Assembly: GCF_001194135.2 (NCBI RefSeq)
Contig: NC_068982.1
Coordinates: 36,654,522-36,718,521, forward strand
Length of the DNA: 64,000 nucleotides
Direction of reading: 5' to 3'
Source: Octopus bimaculoides
Lineage: Eukaryota
Position 1 is the first letter of the stretch; each line of letters begins with the position of its first letter. Below are positions 10,401 through 24,431 of the stretch, piece by piece. The position numbers were made by a program, and so were the translations under genes. Under the pieces are notes generated by a model. That model did not search any database and was not told the DNA's origin. It worked only from the letters and a program-made list of their open reading frames with translations.

Positions 10401-13400
10401 AACATTGACAATGACATCAATAACAACCATCTCTGTCTGAAACCAGGTCCTGATCATTTAATTCCTCAACATGGGTTTAAACTTCATGCAGTGTAGAGGA
10501 AATGTGAGTTTTGTTAGTAAGGCAATGTAACAACTGTTCAATTATATTAGACCACATTACTGAAGAAAAGGATTTTTAGCCCTGCCTTGATCAGTGGATA
10601 GAGATATTTACAAATAGAGAGTTACAAAAACTTTGGTTAGTATAATTTTAAAATTACAAAATATGAACTTAGGAAAATGACATAAGTGATCCAAAGCCTT
10701 AAATCAGATTTTATGCTTTAGCATGCAAATTCCTTTTACAGTAAAATTAAGTCTTTATTTCTTGAAATGACCACTCCTTTTCTCTGTGAATTACTAAGAA
10801 TAACTATCAGGTTTCTGTTTTCTTTCTCCAACTAAAATGTAAAATTCAATTTATTTAAAAATCTTCTCAGATGTTATTCAGTAAATTGCCACCTACTTGA
10901 ATTATCTAAGTTCATGTCATTGAATCACTTCATTTATTTCCCTTCGCTCTCTTTTTGTGAATATGAAAGTATATCATTTCATGTTGATGAAATTCAGAAA
11001 TGATCCAAGCTAAATTCAATAATGCTGAAATTCCAATAATTCAAGGAGGCTTAAATTTTCCAATAGCATAACAATGTCGAAACTGAGAAATGTGTATAAA
11101 TGAGCCTCTTTTACACTCTTCTATCCACCGAAATGGTTGGCATTCAGAACAAATCATATTCATGTGATATAACTGATGTCTTTCCACTTGCAGAAAATGA
11201 TCTTCAGAGTAGTTCTCAAATTCTTTTGATTTCCCTTCATCATGAAAGCATACAGAGTGAAAGAAAGGTGATTTCAAACCTACTCTGGCAAACACGTTCT
11301 CTTGCTTCATTTGAGATTAAGCCTTTGCATTTACAATTCATGCAATGTTGTCTCCATTAGTGCCCATCAAATGCTGTCATAACATATTGTTTTCTTTTTG
11401 AGTATTTCATGCAAGAGTGTTTTCATTAGCAGGCACCAATTGCTTTAACTCACATTGGAACTTTTGAATCACAACTCTTCTCCATTTCCATTTTGATTGT
11501 CTTCTCCATCACACGCTTTTTGTTTGTTTGTTTTTGTTTTTTTTTCAATAGCATCCTTGACCCTTTCTGGTTGCTTTTTTCTTTACAGTGGATCTGCTTT
11601 ATCCATAATGTATATGTCTAGACTAACAAAAATTGTCTGCATAGGCACAATTGTTTAATATTGGTTTAATGATGGTTAATTATACTACTTAACTTTGTAT
11701 TATTGGTTAAAATTTAAATTGTCTACCATACCCTTTGTGATTTGGATGTGGCTACAGTGATAAAAAAATTTCTTTGGAGAGAACAAATTACAAATTATCA
11801 TCAGGCAAGTGATAAACAGAAAGGATGAATAAATTTAAATACTCACAGAATACCTTAACCTGTTTATGAATTTAGGAAAAGCAAACAAAAATAATGAAAT
11901 TATTTGAATAATTTATATGAAATGAAAATGAAAGTAGGTAAAAAAAATTCTAAATGAATTGTAATTGTTTGTGACTCTCAAACAAAATGGGACATAATTT
12001 CTGCAAGAAATTAAGGATTAATTTCAGAGAAAGCTTAACTTCTATGAAAAGTCATTTACACTATGTACAGTGAGATCTGGAATGAATATTTGCATGTTTA
12101 TGCTTATCATGCCTTGGCAGCTTCAGATGCTTGCTGTAATGTACATCACAGGAGAATAACTTCTCCCTCTTACAATGACAGTGAATTCAACACTCAGTTC
12201 ATTGGTGGATGACATTCTGGAATGCTGATGTTTCAACATAAGTCTCATCAGCCAAGAACAACAGGAATTTTGAGTCTAAATGAAGCTGCTGGCTTTGTTT
12301 ATACTTCTAGTGAATGATTACCTGCATATTTATTCTTAACATATGTAGGCAGGCTTAGATGGAAAATATGCAGGCCACTGTAGTATGCATCATATAGGAG
12401 AGAGAGAGAGAAGGAGGGAAGGGGAGTGTTATAGAGATGCATAGGTTGGACAGAGCCATTACAATTTCTAGTTATACTGGCAGAATGGCGCAGGAAATAG
12501 GAGAGATCTACTGTCATCCTTAGTTACATCAGTAGCACAGAATATGTAATGAAAATTAATCCAAAGTTAACAATGAGTCATTTATCTGTAAATAACCAGT
12601 CTTGTTAGAAAAAATTTTTAACAAAGTATCAAACAAAATACCAATGTAGCTTTGTAATCGTATAGATCACAGCTAGAGTCCTAGCTGAACAAGCTCAAAC
12701 ATAAAATCTAAACATTTGTCTATTTAATTTCATATTTGCTTTATGATAAAATTATAATTGATATTGGGAAATGTTAAGTTATGTTATATAATTATGGAGT
12801 GAAGGGAAGTAGTTTTATTAAAGTGATTTATTGATGGCATTTTGATTTCTGCAAAGTTTTATGGTATCTTTTCATCATTTATTCTAACAAATGACATTGT
12901 TAAAATAAAATCATAATAAATTTATATCTATGAAGTCAGTATTTGTTCTTTTGAAAATGGGTTTTTAAACTTTTCTATTGCTTCATAATTATCTTTCTAA
13001 AATTCCTTATTTCTGTCATTTTATGGGAAAATAGTAACATTACTTTGCACAAAATTTGCTCACAAAGCAAGAATATTAAAAATGAAATAAACAAATATTA
13101 AAAATTAAAATTCTTCCTCTAGTGGAAACCACTTTTCCTACAATTCCTAATCTCTAATGTTTCTAATTAATTTTCTTTGAATGAGCAACTGATTTCTTGC
13201 CTTTCCCCATAAAGAAGGATAATAAAGATTTCATGGAAACACATAAAATGCTGGCTTACCATTTAATTAATAAAAACAATATTCAAAAATGGCAAACATA
13301 TTCATAAACTTCAATACAATATTAAATAAAAGTTGTATCAAGTTTAGTTTTAGCTGAAACCAGTTAATTGTAGTTGCTATTCATTTGACTTAAGTTGTAT

Positions 13401-15069
13401 CTTCTCATCAAAGAGATGACACAAAAGCTTCTGCAGGTGGAATTTATTACTAGTCTGAAAATTTGAAATTTGAATTCCATTCTGTTTAGTTCTATGAGCA
13501 AATAATTACTGCTATTATCGTGTATAAGGGAAATCTGTTGCATTCTACTTTTCTCTTTTTTATTCTATTTTTTCTTTTTTTTTGCTGAAACTGAAATGGT
13601 TAAGAATAACTGTAGGCTGTATCAGTCATAGGCAAACACCCATCTCCACCTTTCATCATATGTTACTTTTCTGAAGCTACTAACACTAATACTGCTTTGA
13701 TCTACATGTAATACATGGAAAAGTGCTTAACTGCTTTCCTGACATTTTCCCATTATTTTGAAACAAAGAATATTTTTCAGATATTAGAAGGGAAGCATAT
13801 CAGGGCTATATTTAAAAGAAAAAGGAAGAGGAACACTGAATCAGGAGTATCTTACAAGTAACTATATTTCTTGTGTTAAGATAAGAAAACTAATTAATTC
13901 AGCAGCCTGTTGTTTGGTGCTAACTTTAAATTTGAGAGTTTAATCGTAGGCTAATGACTCATGAGAATATCATTATGATATTTTGGATGTAATATGGCAT
14001 TTATGGAATCTGAACATTAAAGTGAAATCTAAGCTCACTGGAATTGAATTTCTTATTACAGGTAAAAATCTAGAAACCGGTAATGCTGACATTCCCATAT
14101 GATGCTATTCCTATGAAAGATATTTCAACTGTTTTGAGTTAACTCAAATTTTATACTACCTTTATAGTTAATATGAGAGGAAGAGAAATGCCCAGTTTTC
14201 TTAACTCTTCCACCTAGGATGGCTGGGTGAGGTTAATGCATTTAATACAATTGTTTTATTTGTTGCCAGCTAATAATTAAAGCTAAAGAAGAAATTCTGT
14301 CCAGAGGATCTGAAATGCATTTCAAGTGCAGTTTCAAAGAATTGCAATTCTGGGAAAAGAAATGTTATAAAGCCTTTTGAAAAAATGTGCACTTAAGGTA
14401 ATGAGAGATGTGGCAACCTTTCTAAATGGGTTCTTGCTGCTGGTTACTGAGGATATGTGGGTTTTGATTTCCTTAAGAAAATGAAAGATTTGGTTTCACC
14501 TCACAAGGAACAGAGAAATTGTTCACATACAAGAAACTATAGAAAATGCTTGTTCAAATGGCTAAAGAGAGAGAAAGAGAGACAATGATATGTGGTATGA
14601 TTAAATGCAGACCAATATAAGCATCAATGGACCTCATCATGACAATCAATACAGTCCAGCAGTAGAAGATAAAACTGTACCAGGGTTGCTTCTGATGACT
14701 GATAAGTGATGTTGGCCCTATTAATGGAGCTGTTAATAGGTTAACATCCTAAGTTGTATGTCATTTCTAATGAAAGGAAGTATGGTGATTATATAAAACA
14801 GATTTAAGTACATATAGCTTAGTTTGATAATGAATTTAGAAGCAATTCTGGTGTTCTTCTTTATTCTGAGGAGTACATTAAGTATTGTACTTCTAAAGCC
14901 CTGTTTAATATACTGTTCGAGGAATACTTGCACTACTGATGTTAACTTCTGATTACTTGTCAACTGGAAGTTTGAGATGTTAAATTTATTAAGACTCTTT
15001 CCATGATCTAGCTGTTTATATTTTTTGATATTTTACATCTGTTTTGCCATTCCTACATAGGTTGAATAG

Positions 15070-15640
15070 GTCTTCTCTAATCTTATCACTTGCCACAATG
15101 TTTGTCATCTCCTTCCTTCATGAAATTCAACATTTTCAGATCAGTCTTCACTAACTTTTTTCATGTCTTCTCTAGTTTTCCTCATCTGCAGGTTCCTTCT
15201 TATTGGATTGCTAGGTATTCCGTTATCCAAACACCATCCTCCTTATACATCACATGCTTATAGCAATGCTGCTTCCTCTCTTGTAAACTACAAACGATTC
15301 CTCTTATACTCAGTTTTTTCTGAGATCATTTGTGTTCTGTCCTTTGTTCACACAAACATATACATCCAGAAAAGCATGCTCAACTAATTTCTTTCCAATA
15401 CATCCTTTGCATCTAAAATCCATGTTTCAACACCATGCAATTTCTTACTTTGTATACATGCATAATGCAATTTAGCTGTCACTTGGTGAGAAAATCTTAT
15501 TTCTAGTAAAATTAATAATCCCTCCCAGCCTTGAACATTTTCTCCTAATTTTTACTCCTGTTACTATGTTTTTGGAGCACCTACTTTTAACAGAAGCTGT
15601 CAACTACTCGCAAAAACCTTCCTGTTATTTGAAGTAATTC
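15070..15640 (-). mobile_element. RTE LINE 3' ORF fragment, highly diverged
   Basis: Reverse complement encodes the degraded RTE C-terminus (GTCR.GK.RED.KKLVKTDLKMLNF), comparable to GTCGRGRPRKTWDEVVKHNL at 52790. Confidence 0.7.
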
Positions 15641-16129
15641 ATTTCATGTTTGCTGTTACTGCTAACTACTGTTAATTTTTACATTCAAAGCCAACCTGTC
15701 TGTGATTCAATTACATCACTTCTGTCAGCTTACATGTGATCTTACTACATTACTTGTGCACCCAGAGCAAGATTAACTATTGACAATATAAACACATGAT
15801 TAGAGCATCAAGGGAAAAGGAATGCCATAGTTTTTTCCAGTACTGCATTAACCAAGGCACAAATGGTAAATTATAATAATTTTCTTTAAAAAAATAAATC
15901 AATAAAAAAGTGTTGAAAATATGTATTTATAAATAATGAGTTATGTTTAAAACAGTTGTAGGGTATGGTCTGGTCTGAGGTGGAGTGGCTAGGACAAAAA
16001 CTGAATTTCTTATCCATTATTTCACATTCAGCACTTACTATGCCTCGTTATTTAGCTAGTAAGACAATGAAAGTGTTGAAATCCAGTCATTGTCACTATC
16101 ATTCCCATATACAGTTTTCACCAAAAACA

Positions 16130-16830
16130 TCTTGATTCACACACTACTTTGCAAATCAGAATATCTCACACATCTGATCCTCTAATTACTGAACATTGAT
16201 GAATAAACCTCTTTGTTTCAACTTATCTCCTTGCTAACTACACTTCATACTAAGCTTCTCTTGTCACTCCTTGATATTGGTCCTTGCTTTCCTCTTTTTG
16301 CAAATCTTTCCAGGTATGTTGTTTTGTTTTTATGTCTCTATTTACTGTACTATTCAATCATCAAGTCATCATTAGCCTGGCTGAAACTTTGCTCCATTCA
16401 CAGATTTGGTCAGTAGTTCACTGTAGGCTATCTCAAAAACTCAGTGATGCTCTATGTTGTATGTTCATATCTCTTGTAAGTTTGTCTCTTCATATGCATC
16501 ACCTAGAACTTCTTTGAACTTACGTCTGGTTGAGAGATCTTTTAGCTGCTATATTTCCCTCCTACACAGTGTTGTGTCTATGAATTCATTTAGCTTTTAT
16601 TCTGAAGTCACTAATCACTAGTCTATATTGAGTTATATATTCAACACTGGGGAAGGACTTAGTATTATAAGCAGTTTTTTTATCTTGTTGAGTATGATGT
16701 TGGTAGGTGATCAGGTGGCTAACCAGCTTCCTGATGTTGCACAGCACTAACTCCAGGAATGTGGTTCATCTTCATTCCTTGTACCTTGTCCATAATCTTC
16801 AACACTGGAGTAGCCATCAGTGCATTACTT
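16130..16830 (-). mobile_element. RTE LINE endonuclease-end and linker fragment
   Basis: Minus frame gives TKSFPSVEYITQYRLVISDFRIKAK...LNSTVNRDIKTKQHTWKDLQKEESKDQYQ, homologous to 50960-51400. Confidence 0.7.
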
Positions 16831-17075
16831 AATATGTTTATTAAAGTTACCAACTGTGATAATGAAATTACTGCTGTACATTGTTGAGAAAATCTGCAAG
16901 AAGACCCCTTATAAACAGTTCTTTTTCTCATTTGTCAGTCTTGATTGAGGTGCTTATACAGAGATCACTGCTGCTGTTGTATTGCTTATAACTAGTCTAT
17001 GTTTAATTCTTCTGTTACATATTCTGGCTTTATCTATTACTTTATCATTACAGAGAGGGATACACATATATATGT

Positions 17076-17122
<47 letters not shown>

Positions 17123-18833
17123 CACACACACATGCGCATGCACAATTATGTATAAAAAAATTTCACAAAAAGGAACATTTTTATCCTGAAATGGAAAATT
17201 TCAGATGTTATTTTTTTAGCCCACTTTTGTACCAGACATTTCTCAATATGGTATTTATAGCTAAATGATTTTTATCTCGTTTTATTGTATGAAGGAAGCT
17301 ATGCATATTTTAATTTGGGGAAAAGTGTGATTGTAGAATATTAAGCAAATAATTCCATGATGCATTTTAATTTGATAATATTTTTTGTTGTTTGCTATTA
17401 ATTTATTTATCTATTTAATAGGCTGCTCACATTTGGCAATAAGTAAGGAAAAACTGAATCAGTCTGTAAAGAAAGTAGTTATATTATACAGAAAATACCT
17501 ATGTTGGATCAACAAATACAAGAAGACATAGTAATAAAATTAACAAACTAAAGTAAACATACTAATAAAAATAAGCATTAAATTCTGAAGCAACATCCAA
17601 AGGGGTGTAAATCTATCAATTGAAAAAATAAGTAAATTAAATAAGAAAATATCTGTTATTTAAATAGAATAAATTTATGTGTCATGAAACAGGAAAAGAC
17701 ATTTACTTAGCTGGAAGAGAAATCTTAGAATAAGTATGATGATATCAAACATGATCACTTAAACTTTATTCTATTTCCTTATGGACATCTGAACTGCAGT
17801 GTTAGGGAAAATTTTTTATGCAATGTTCTAAAGTTTTCTTATTGTTCATTCGTATTAACTGCATACTGTAGTATCAGAGCTAACAATAGTCTTCTAAAAC
17901 AGTATGTAATTTATCAATTCTAACTCATAGTGTTAAAAAGCATGCCATCAATAAAATTTAATATCAAACACATACTGTTATTTGATGGGACGCACTAATG
18001 ATATTTAAAAATTCTGTGCCTTCAACTCATTAGAATTTATATACATACAAAATTCAGTATCTATAATTTGATGTTTTGTATAAGCAAGTTATGTCCATGA
18101 TTTGGTTTCCTGCTGTATAGCTATAAACAGATATTTTCTTCTATCTACCTTTTCTTCTCCCTAAAATATGTGAAAACTATTTTAGAAATCTGAAAACTGC
18201 CAGAACTCTGTATATGTACTAGTATGCATATATCTTCAAAGATGCTTTATTTGTGACAAAAAGCATCCCCCCATGCACCCCTCCAAAAAAAACCCTGCTA
18301 TTGATAAGTCTGTGTGAAAGCAATCATACTACTTTTTTACAAATTGCTTTGCACATCATATTCACTACTAATACTGCTATGTAAAATATAAATAGTATTA
18401 GCCAATATCAATATTACATAATATTAATATTACTAATATTAGTGCTATAAAATACCTATATTAGAAGCCAGTATTAATTTTGTAAAAAGCTTTTCTCCAT
18501 CAAAGTGCATTTTATAAATGGAGAATTGGTTTTTGCATTTGAAATATCTGCATAATAAGATTTTCGGTGTCCTAATGTTCAAGGAGGAGTTATTCTAAGT
18601 TTCATTTTCGTACCTGGTTTTCAAAAGTCTTTATGTGAACTCATGTATTAAAACATATTTTGCTGTAACTCAAGAGGGTCATTATGCAAATAATAAACAC
18701 ACACACTGGTTTTATTTCACTTCCTTTGTTAACACTTGAATAGTCAACTAACTGATTGTTTGATTTATTGTTTGGTCAGCTAGGTTTGTCAAATTCCTTT
18801 CATTTCCATTCATGACTTCATAAATGGCATGCC

Positions 18834-18884
18834 TCTCTACTCCAGGTCTGTCTGCTTAGACCTGAAGCAGACCTGGAGTAGAGA
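18834..18884. repeat. Perfect 17-bp inverted repeat with a 17-nt spacer
   Basis: TCTCTACTCCAGGTCTG (18834-18850) pairs with CAGACCTGGAGTAGAGA (18868-18884). Confidence 0.9.
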
Positions 18885-19610
18885 ACTCTAGTTGACTGAC
18901 CGATTGATTGATCAAATGATTAATCAAACAATGTATTAGTATATGGGTTAAATGCTAATGAATTGACTAATAATAGTAAAAGAAGTGAAACAGCACTTGT
19001 GCTTGCGTTTAGTATTGATATAATAACTCTCTTGAAATACATCAAAATATTCCAAGATTTGTTGACTTGGGAGAATCATTACACCAATATTATTAACACA
19101 CACACGGGTTCAATTCAACTCATTTATTATTAGTAAATTGGTTAAATATTCACCCAACTACTAATTGATCATTTGTTTAACTTGTTGGTTAAACAATCAG
19201 TTTTTTTAATATTTCTTATCGTTCATTAGAGTTCTTTTGTTGCCATTTGCAACCTTTTCAGTGACTTATCTCCTTCTGATGGTCATCTTCATTATCAACA
19301 CACAAATTCACATAAAAAATCTTGCAAACCAAATACAAAAACGAAGTATTCTAAGTTTGTTTATTAATAATCTTTTATCCTATGAAGTATACTTTTTACA
19401 TTTTGAATTATACTTTCTTAAATTACCATGGAATGATTTAATTTAATAGGTTCCTTGAGTAGTGGATGATTGACTCCAGAACTGCAAGTTCACACTTTGC
19501 TTTATCTATAGATTTGTGCCCATTGCACTAAGTCTAATATATCCAAATACTATTTGGCTATTTTAAACTACATTTGGATAAATTTGAAATATAAATAAGT
19601 TTAGTTGTCT

Positions 19611-19698
19611 GTGAAATGGAGAGCAACTGACTGTTAAAACATTTGTTCCAATATTCTAAGTGGAATGGAGAACATCTAACTGTTAAGACATTTGTTCT
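19611..19698. repeat. Diverged tandem duplication, period 49
   Basis: gtgaaatggagagcaactgactgttaaaacatttgttc versus gtggaatggagaacatctaactgttaagacatttgttc. Confidence 0.75.
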
Positions 19699-21481
19699 GG
19701 TGTATTAATAACCTACATATATCATACTTTCCAGCTTACAAGTCAACGTAGTGTATACTGTAAACCAGGGACATATATTCCAGGTGTGCTAGGTGTGCAC
19801 TTCACACCCATCAAAGATGGCAAATTCATTATAAATATTAGCCTTACTCATTAATTTAATCACAAATCTTAATGGAAAGCTTTCGTTATATCCCTGCTTG
19901 AAATTTGGTGACATTGGGTGTGGCAGTATACCCAATACAACAACCACCATATGCCACTGCTGTAAACATGTAGTATAAACATTCAGACATCATTACAATC
20001 TTTGCAAATCTTTAGTCCTTCTTTGGCTATAAATTTTGATCTGAAAAATTCAACTTTTATATTGGAAAATGTGGTATTCAAATTTGCAATGAACAAAACA
20101 AAACATCCCGTCTTTATTAGCTTGTGAATATAGGCAAGAAACAATAAACACTTGAGTTCTGATTAACTGTTTAAATTCTAATATCTGAGAAAACTGCTGC
20201 TTTCAATAATAAATACTTATATATAAAAACACTCATTATATATAAAACCATATATTTTGCAAGAAGTAAAATATAATTTATGTAAAGAAAATATCTGATA
20301 AATATTATTGCGTTTACTAATAGATATATTTTAAAGTCAAGAAATATAAAAAAAAAATTATTTTTTTAAAGAATTCTACTCTTCAAAAGGGAATGAAATA
20401 TTTCTTTATCTTTATCATTACTATCATTGTTAAAATTGTTATTCCTGCCTTCACTCTACCTGCTACTAATTACCCACCACCACCAATATCACTATCGTTG
20501 CCATACAAGCACGTTTGAAGTAGTATTTTCACATTACATTTTCATTTTCAATTAAAATATCTTTATAAATACTAAAGAATGAAGGGAAAAAATTTCTTCC
20601 TTGGAGTGACAGAGCAGAAGGGAATTTCATGAGAATATGTGAATATTTTTAAGAAGGTTGCAAAAGAAGATAACTGTCTGAAGCAAATCATGCAATTCAG
20701 TGATTGGTATGAGTGTGTGCCTTCCAAGCCACTTAACACATTAACCTTAGTTATGCATTTATGGTGGTACTAGGTGCAGTAATAATGGTTTTGGCAGTAG
20801 TCGATAGTAATATCTTCAGGGAATGAGTACAAAATTCATTGCACTCATTGCAATTTTCAAGAGTACCTGACCTATTGTGAAATTAAGAAAAGGGGGTGAA
20901 AAAAAATGAAAAAAAAAAGAATATCTGTGAATAAACCTTATATGAGCAACAAGAAGAAAGCATGAATAATGAACAGATGAGATAAAAAGAAAAAAAATAT
21001 ATATAAAAATGTATTGTTGGAAAGTCTTCTTAAAAAGAAGGACGTTTTAGTTCTGGTGACAGTCTAGTTTATAATAACTGAAAAATGCTCATCACTCCTG
21101 CATGGCTTCCTAATAAGTGATGCTTCAATTGAAAGATGATTTTAAGCAAGTGCAAATCCTGAAAATGTGTAATCTGTTTGTGCATAGATCACACAAGTAC
21201 AATACACTCACACATATGCATGCACACACACGCACACACACACACACACACATTGTTTACAGTTCCATTAAGATAGAATCAACAAAAATGTACTCCAAGT
21301 CAGAGATAAATATCATTTAATGTACACTATTAAAATGAGAGCTATCAACAGTTTCTTGCCATTGAGACATGGCTAGGCAGATTTTTATAAAATGTCTTGT
21401 GTCACCCAGCAATCTTTGGGTTCTTCAGTTTCGTTCTCTCTCTCTCCTTGTGTATATTTATATCTATTTACGTTTGTGTGT

Positions 21482-21526
<45 letters not shown>

Positions 21527-21689
21527 GTGAGAAAGAGAGATAGAGAGATAGAAAGAGGGAGCTTGAAAGAGAAGGGAAGGAAGAGAGAAAGAGAATTCTC
21601 ATGGGTGGGTGGAAGGCTCTATGTGCATGTTTCTATCAATTTATCTATCTCCCTCTTACTTACTTACTCCTGAGATGTTTAAGCACCTC

Positions 21690-23640
21690 ATTTTTGTACA
21701 AGGCAGATGAAGATACAGAAATACGGGAAAGAATTCTTTCAAAACTTGAACAAGCGAACCAAGATTTAATCCTGCAGACAGTTGCAGAAGAGTGTAAAAG
21801 GTTGGTGAACCTGAAACACCATGTAAGAAAAGTTTAAGAAAAGGATTCCGCAAAAATACAGATATGTTGACCGAGAAAGTATAACCAAAGAAGATTGCTA
21901 GGTCCTAATCTATGTTATGGATGTGGAGGCTTACATTTCAGAAAAGACTGTCCTTTTAAAAACCAAGAATGTAACAGTTGTCAAAAGTTTGGACACAAGA
22001 GTTCACACTGTAGAACAAAAGTACAAAGGTTAAATGTAAAACATTCTAAAGTGCTCTCAGCAGAAAGTAAAATCGACTCCCAAATAAGGAAATTTGTACA
22101 CCTAAAAGTAAATGGAGGAAATATTAAATTTCAACTGGATACTGGTAGTGACATTTCAATCATTAACGCCGACATGTGGAAGAAACTAGGGAAACCCATG
22201 TTGAGAAAAATAGTGAAAACTGCATGTGGAATGATGTCACATTTCAAGGAAGAACTCGCAAGGCAAAAGTTTTTAGTGTAAAGAACGCAACCAATCTGTT
22301 TGATACTGACTGGTTGGAGTTATTTGATTTATGGGATCTCCCAAGAAGCCAGTACAGTAAAAACTTAAATGGCTTCCCCACCAGTAAAAAGAACTCAGCA
22401 GTTGAATTGAAGAAAAAAATTAATTAAAAACTTTATGTGTAATGGTATTCATGAACTGCCAGTGACAGCACATGATGTACAAATGAAATCTGCAGAGAAT
22501 AATTACATTACAAGAATGAAGGAAATGTTGAAAATTAAAGAAAAACAAAAATACAAATTCAAATAATTATTCACTATGTGGCGATGTTTTAATGTACATG
22601 CAAAGAGTGGTAGTACCAACTGCTCTACAGAAACAAGTATGGCAGGAATTCCACAGTGGACACCTGACAATGTCAAGAATGAAAACTTTAATGAGGAGAT
22701 ATGCATATTGGCTGACAGTGGACTGGGACATTGAAAATTTTGTATAATCATGTAGAGGTTGTGCACTAGCAGCCAAAGCACCACCAGTGAAATACCAATC
22801 ATGGCCTGAAATGGATAGTCCGTGATCCAGGGTACATATCGACTATGCTGGACTGGTGAACGGTGCATACTACCTAATCGTTGTTGATAGCAGCACAAAG
22901 TAGCCAGAGGTATACAGGTGCAATAAACCAACTGCAAAGGCAACAATAAATTTCCTGTAGGAATTATTTGCCTGATATGGTGTTCCAGACACATTGGTAT
23001 CAGATAATGGAACACAATTTACAGATTGTGAATTCAAAAATTTCTGCAAAATACATGCAATAAAGCATATTTTTACCCTACCCTACCACCCGGGGTCAAA
23101 CGGGCTGGTAGAAAGATTCATTCATACTTTCAAGCGAGCGTTAAAAAAAGCAAGTAATGATGTAGGAAATGATGAAGCACTAACGAAATTCTTGAAGGTA
23201 TATAGAGTAACACTCAATCCAGATACTAGCTCAGGAAATTCTCCAGCAGAGTTAATGTGTGCATGAATTATTGCCAGGAAAAATATATTTAAAGGAAATA
23301 CAGAAAAGGCAACAAAACATTTCAAAGTAGGAGATAAAGTTTATTTTAAAATTTACCAAAATGGTAAAGAAGGCTGGGAGGATGGCTTTGTAACTAAAAG
23401 ATTAGGAAACATGATGTATGTAATTAAAGGACAACATTGGGAACATAAGAGACACTTAAACCAATTAAAGACAAGACATACTGAAATACGAAAGGAAATA
23501 CCAATGGAAGTCTGCTATGACAGGTTTAAGGTGCCAGCACTGAAAGAGATTGAGCCTCATAGAAGCAGCAGTAGAAAAAGGAAACAAACTGTACACTTAG
23601 AAATAATGCCAAATGAAAAAGATATTAAATTTGAAAAAAG
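21690..23640 (+). mobile_element. Ty3/Gypsy LTR retrotransposon internal region (gag C-terminus, zinc knuckles, protease, integrase; RT and RNase H absent)
   Basis: gag EIRERILSKLEQ...LQTVAEECKRLVNLKH; knuckles CYGCGGLHFRKDC and CNSCQKFGHKSSHC; protease FQLDTGSDISII (D at 22138). Integrase HHCC reads FHSGH...YW...CRGC, and the core reads RVHIDYAG...LVSDNGTQF...PYHPGSNGLVERF. Multiple stops. Confidence 0.93.
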
Positions 23641-23680
<40 letters not shown>

Positions 23681-23700
23681 NNNNNNNNNNTTGAAAAAAG

Positions 23701-23739
<39 letters not shown>

Positions 23740-23742
<3 letters not shown>

Positions 23743-24064
23743 GAGATTCTGGAAGAATAAAAATAAAATAAATTTCACTTTTTACGGAAGTCAAAATCTC
23801 AAAAGGGGACCAAGCAATTATAAATAGTAGTAGTTAGAGTGAAGTTTGTGTGTTAGTTCGAGTTGAGTTTGCAGTGAAGTCGAAAGGTGTCACTTGGTTA
23901 GTTTGTTTGGAATATTGATTGTTGATTCATGAAGAGATTGTTGGATAATTACATTGTTATTACGGCGGCTGCATTGTTATCTTGTTTACTGTTACAATAC
24001 TTGTACAGTGTATCTAAACCATCTGTCACAATATCATGGTAGTACCACAACACTGGAGACGGGG
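23740..24064 (+). mobile_element. Probable LTR of the Gypsy element, ending ...ACAACA at 24052, followed by a PBS-like motif
   Basis: Lies just 3' of integrase and a purine tract expanded to (GA)n. TGGAGACGGGG at 24054-24064 matches the tRNA-Ser-type PBS TGGCGACGAGG at 9 of 11. No second LTR is available for comparison. Confidence 0.5.
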
Positions 24065-24073
24065 GAGACAACA

Positions 24074-24133
<60 letters not shown>

Positions 24134-24386
24134 TGATGTGGCAACTAGTTTGAAAAGTGACTTGAATTGAGATTATATGTTGAAACTGAATCAGTTACAA
24201 TGTGGACAAGCTATATTAGCCATTTAAAACACATGGAAGTGAAAATAAAGCATGAAGTTGTTAAGTTCATTTTCATTTATTTCTTAATGGTATTATCTAC
24301 TATGAAGTGTCAAAAGGTTTTGTCACACTGGTTGCTGGCACAGTTTTTCTGTATATATATACAAAACAATTATATACACATGTGTT

Positions 24387-24431
<45 letters not shown>

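Noticed and set aside
13781-13857. Possible plus-strand exon (tttttcag|ILEGKHIRAIFKRKRKRNTESGVSY|gtaact)
   Set aside because: There is no homology and no compatible neighbouring exon. Such AG/GT pairs arise often in AT-rich DNA.
23631-23738. Direct repeat TTGAAAAAAGAAAAAA(GA)n on both sides of a 10-N gap
   Set aside because: Identical sequence flanking a small gap is a typical unmerged contig overlap.
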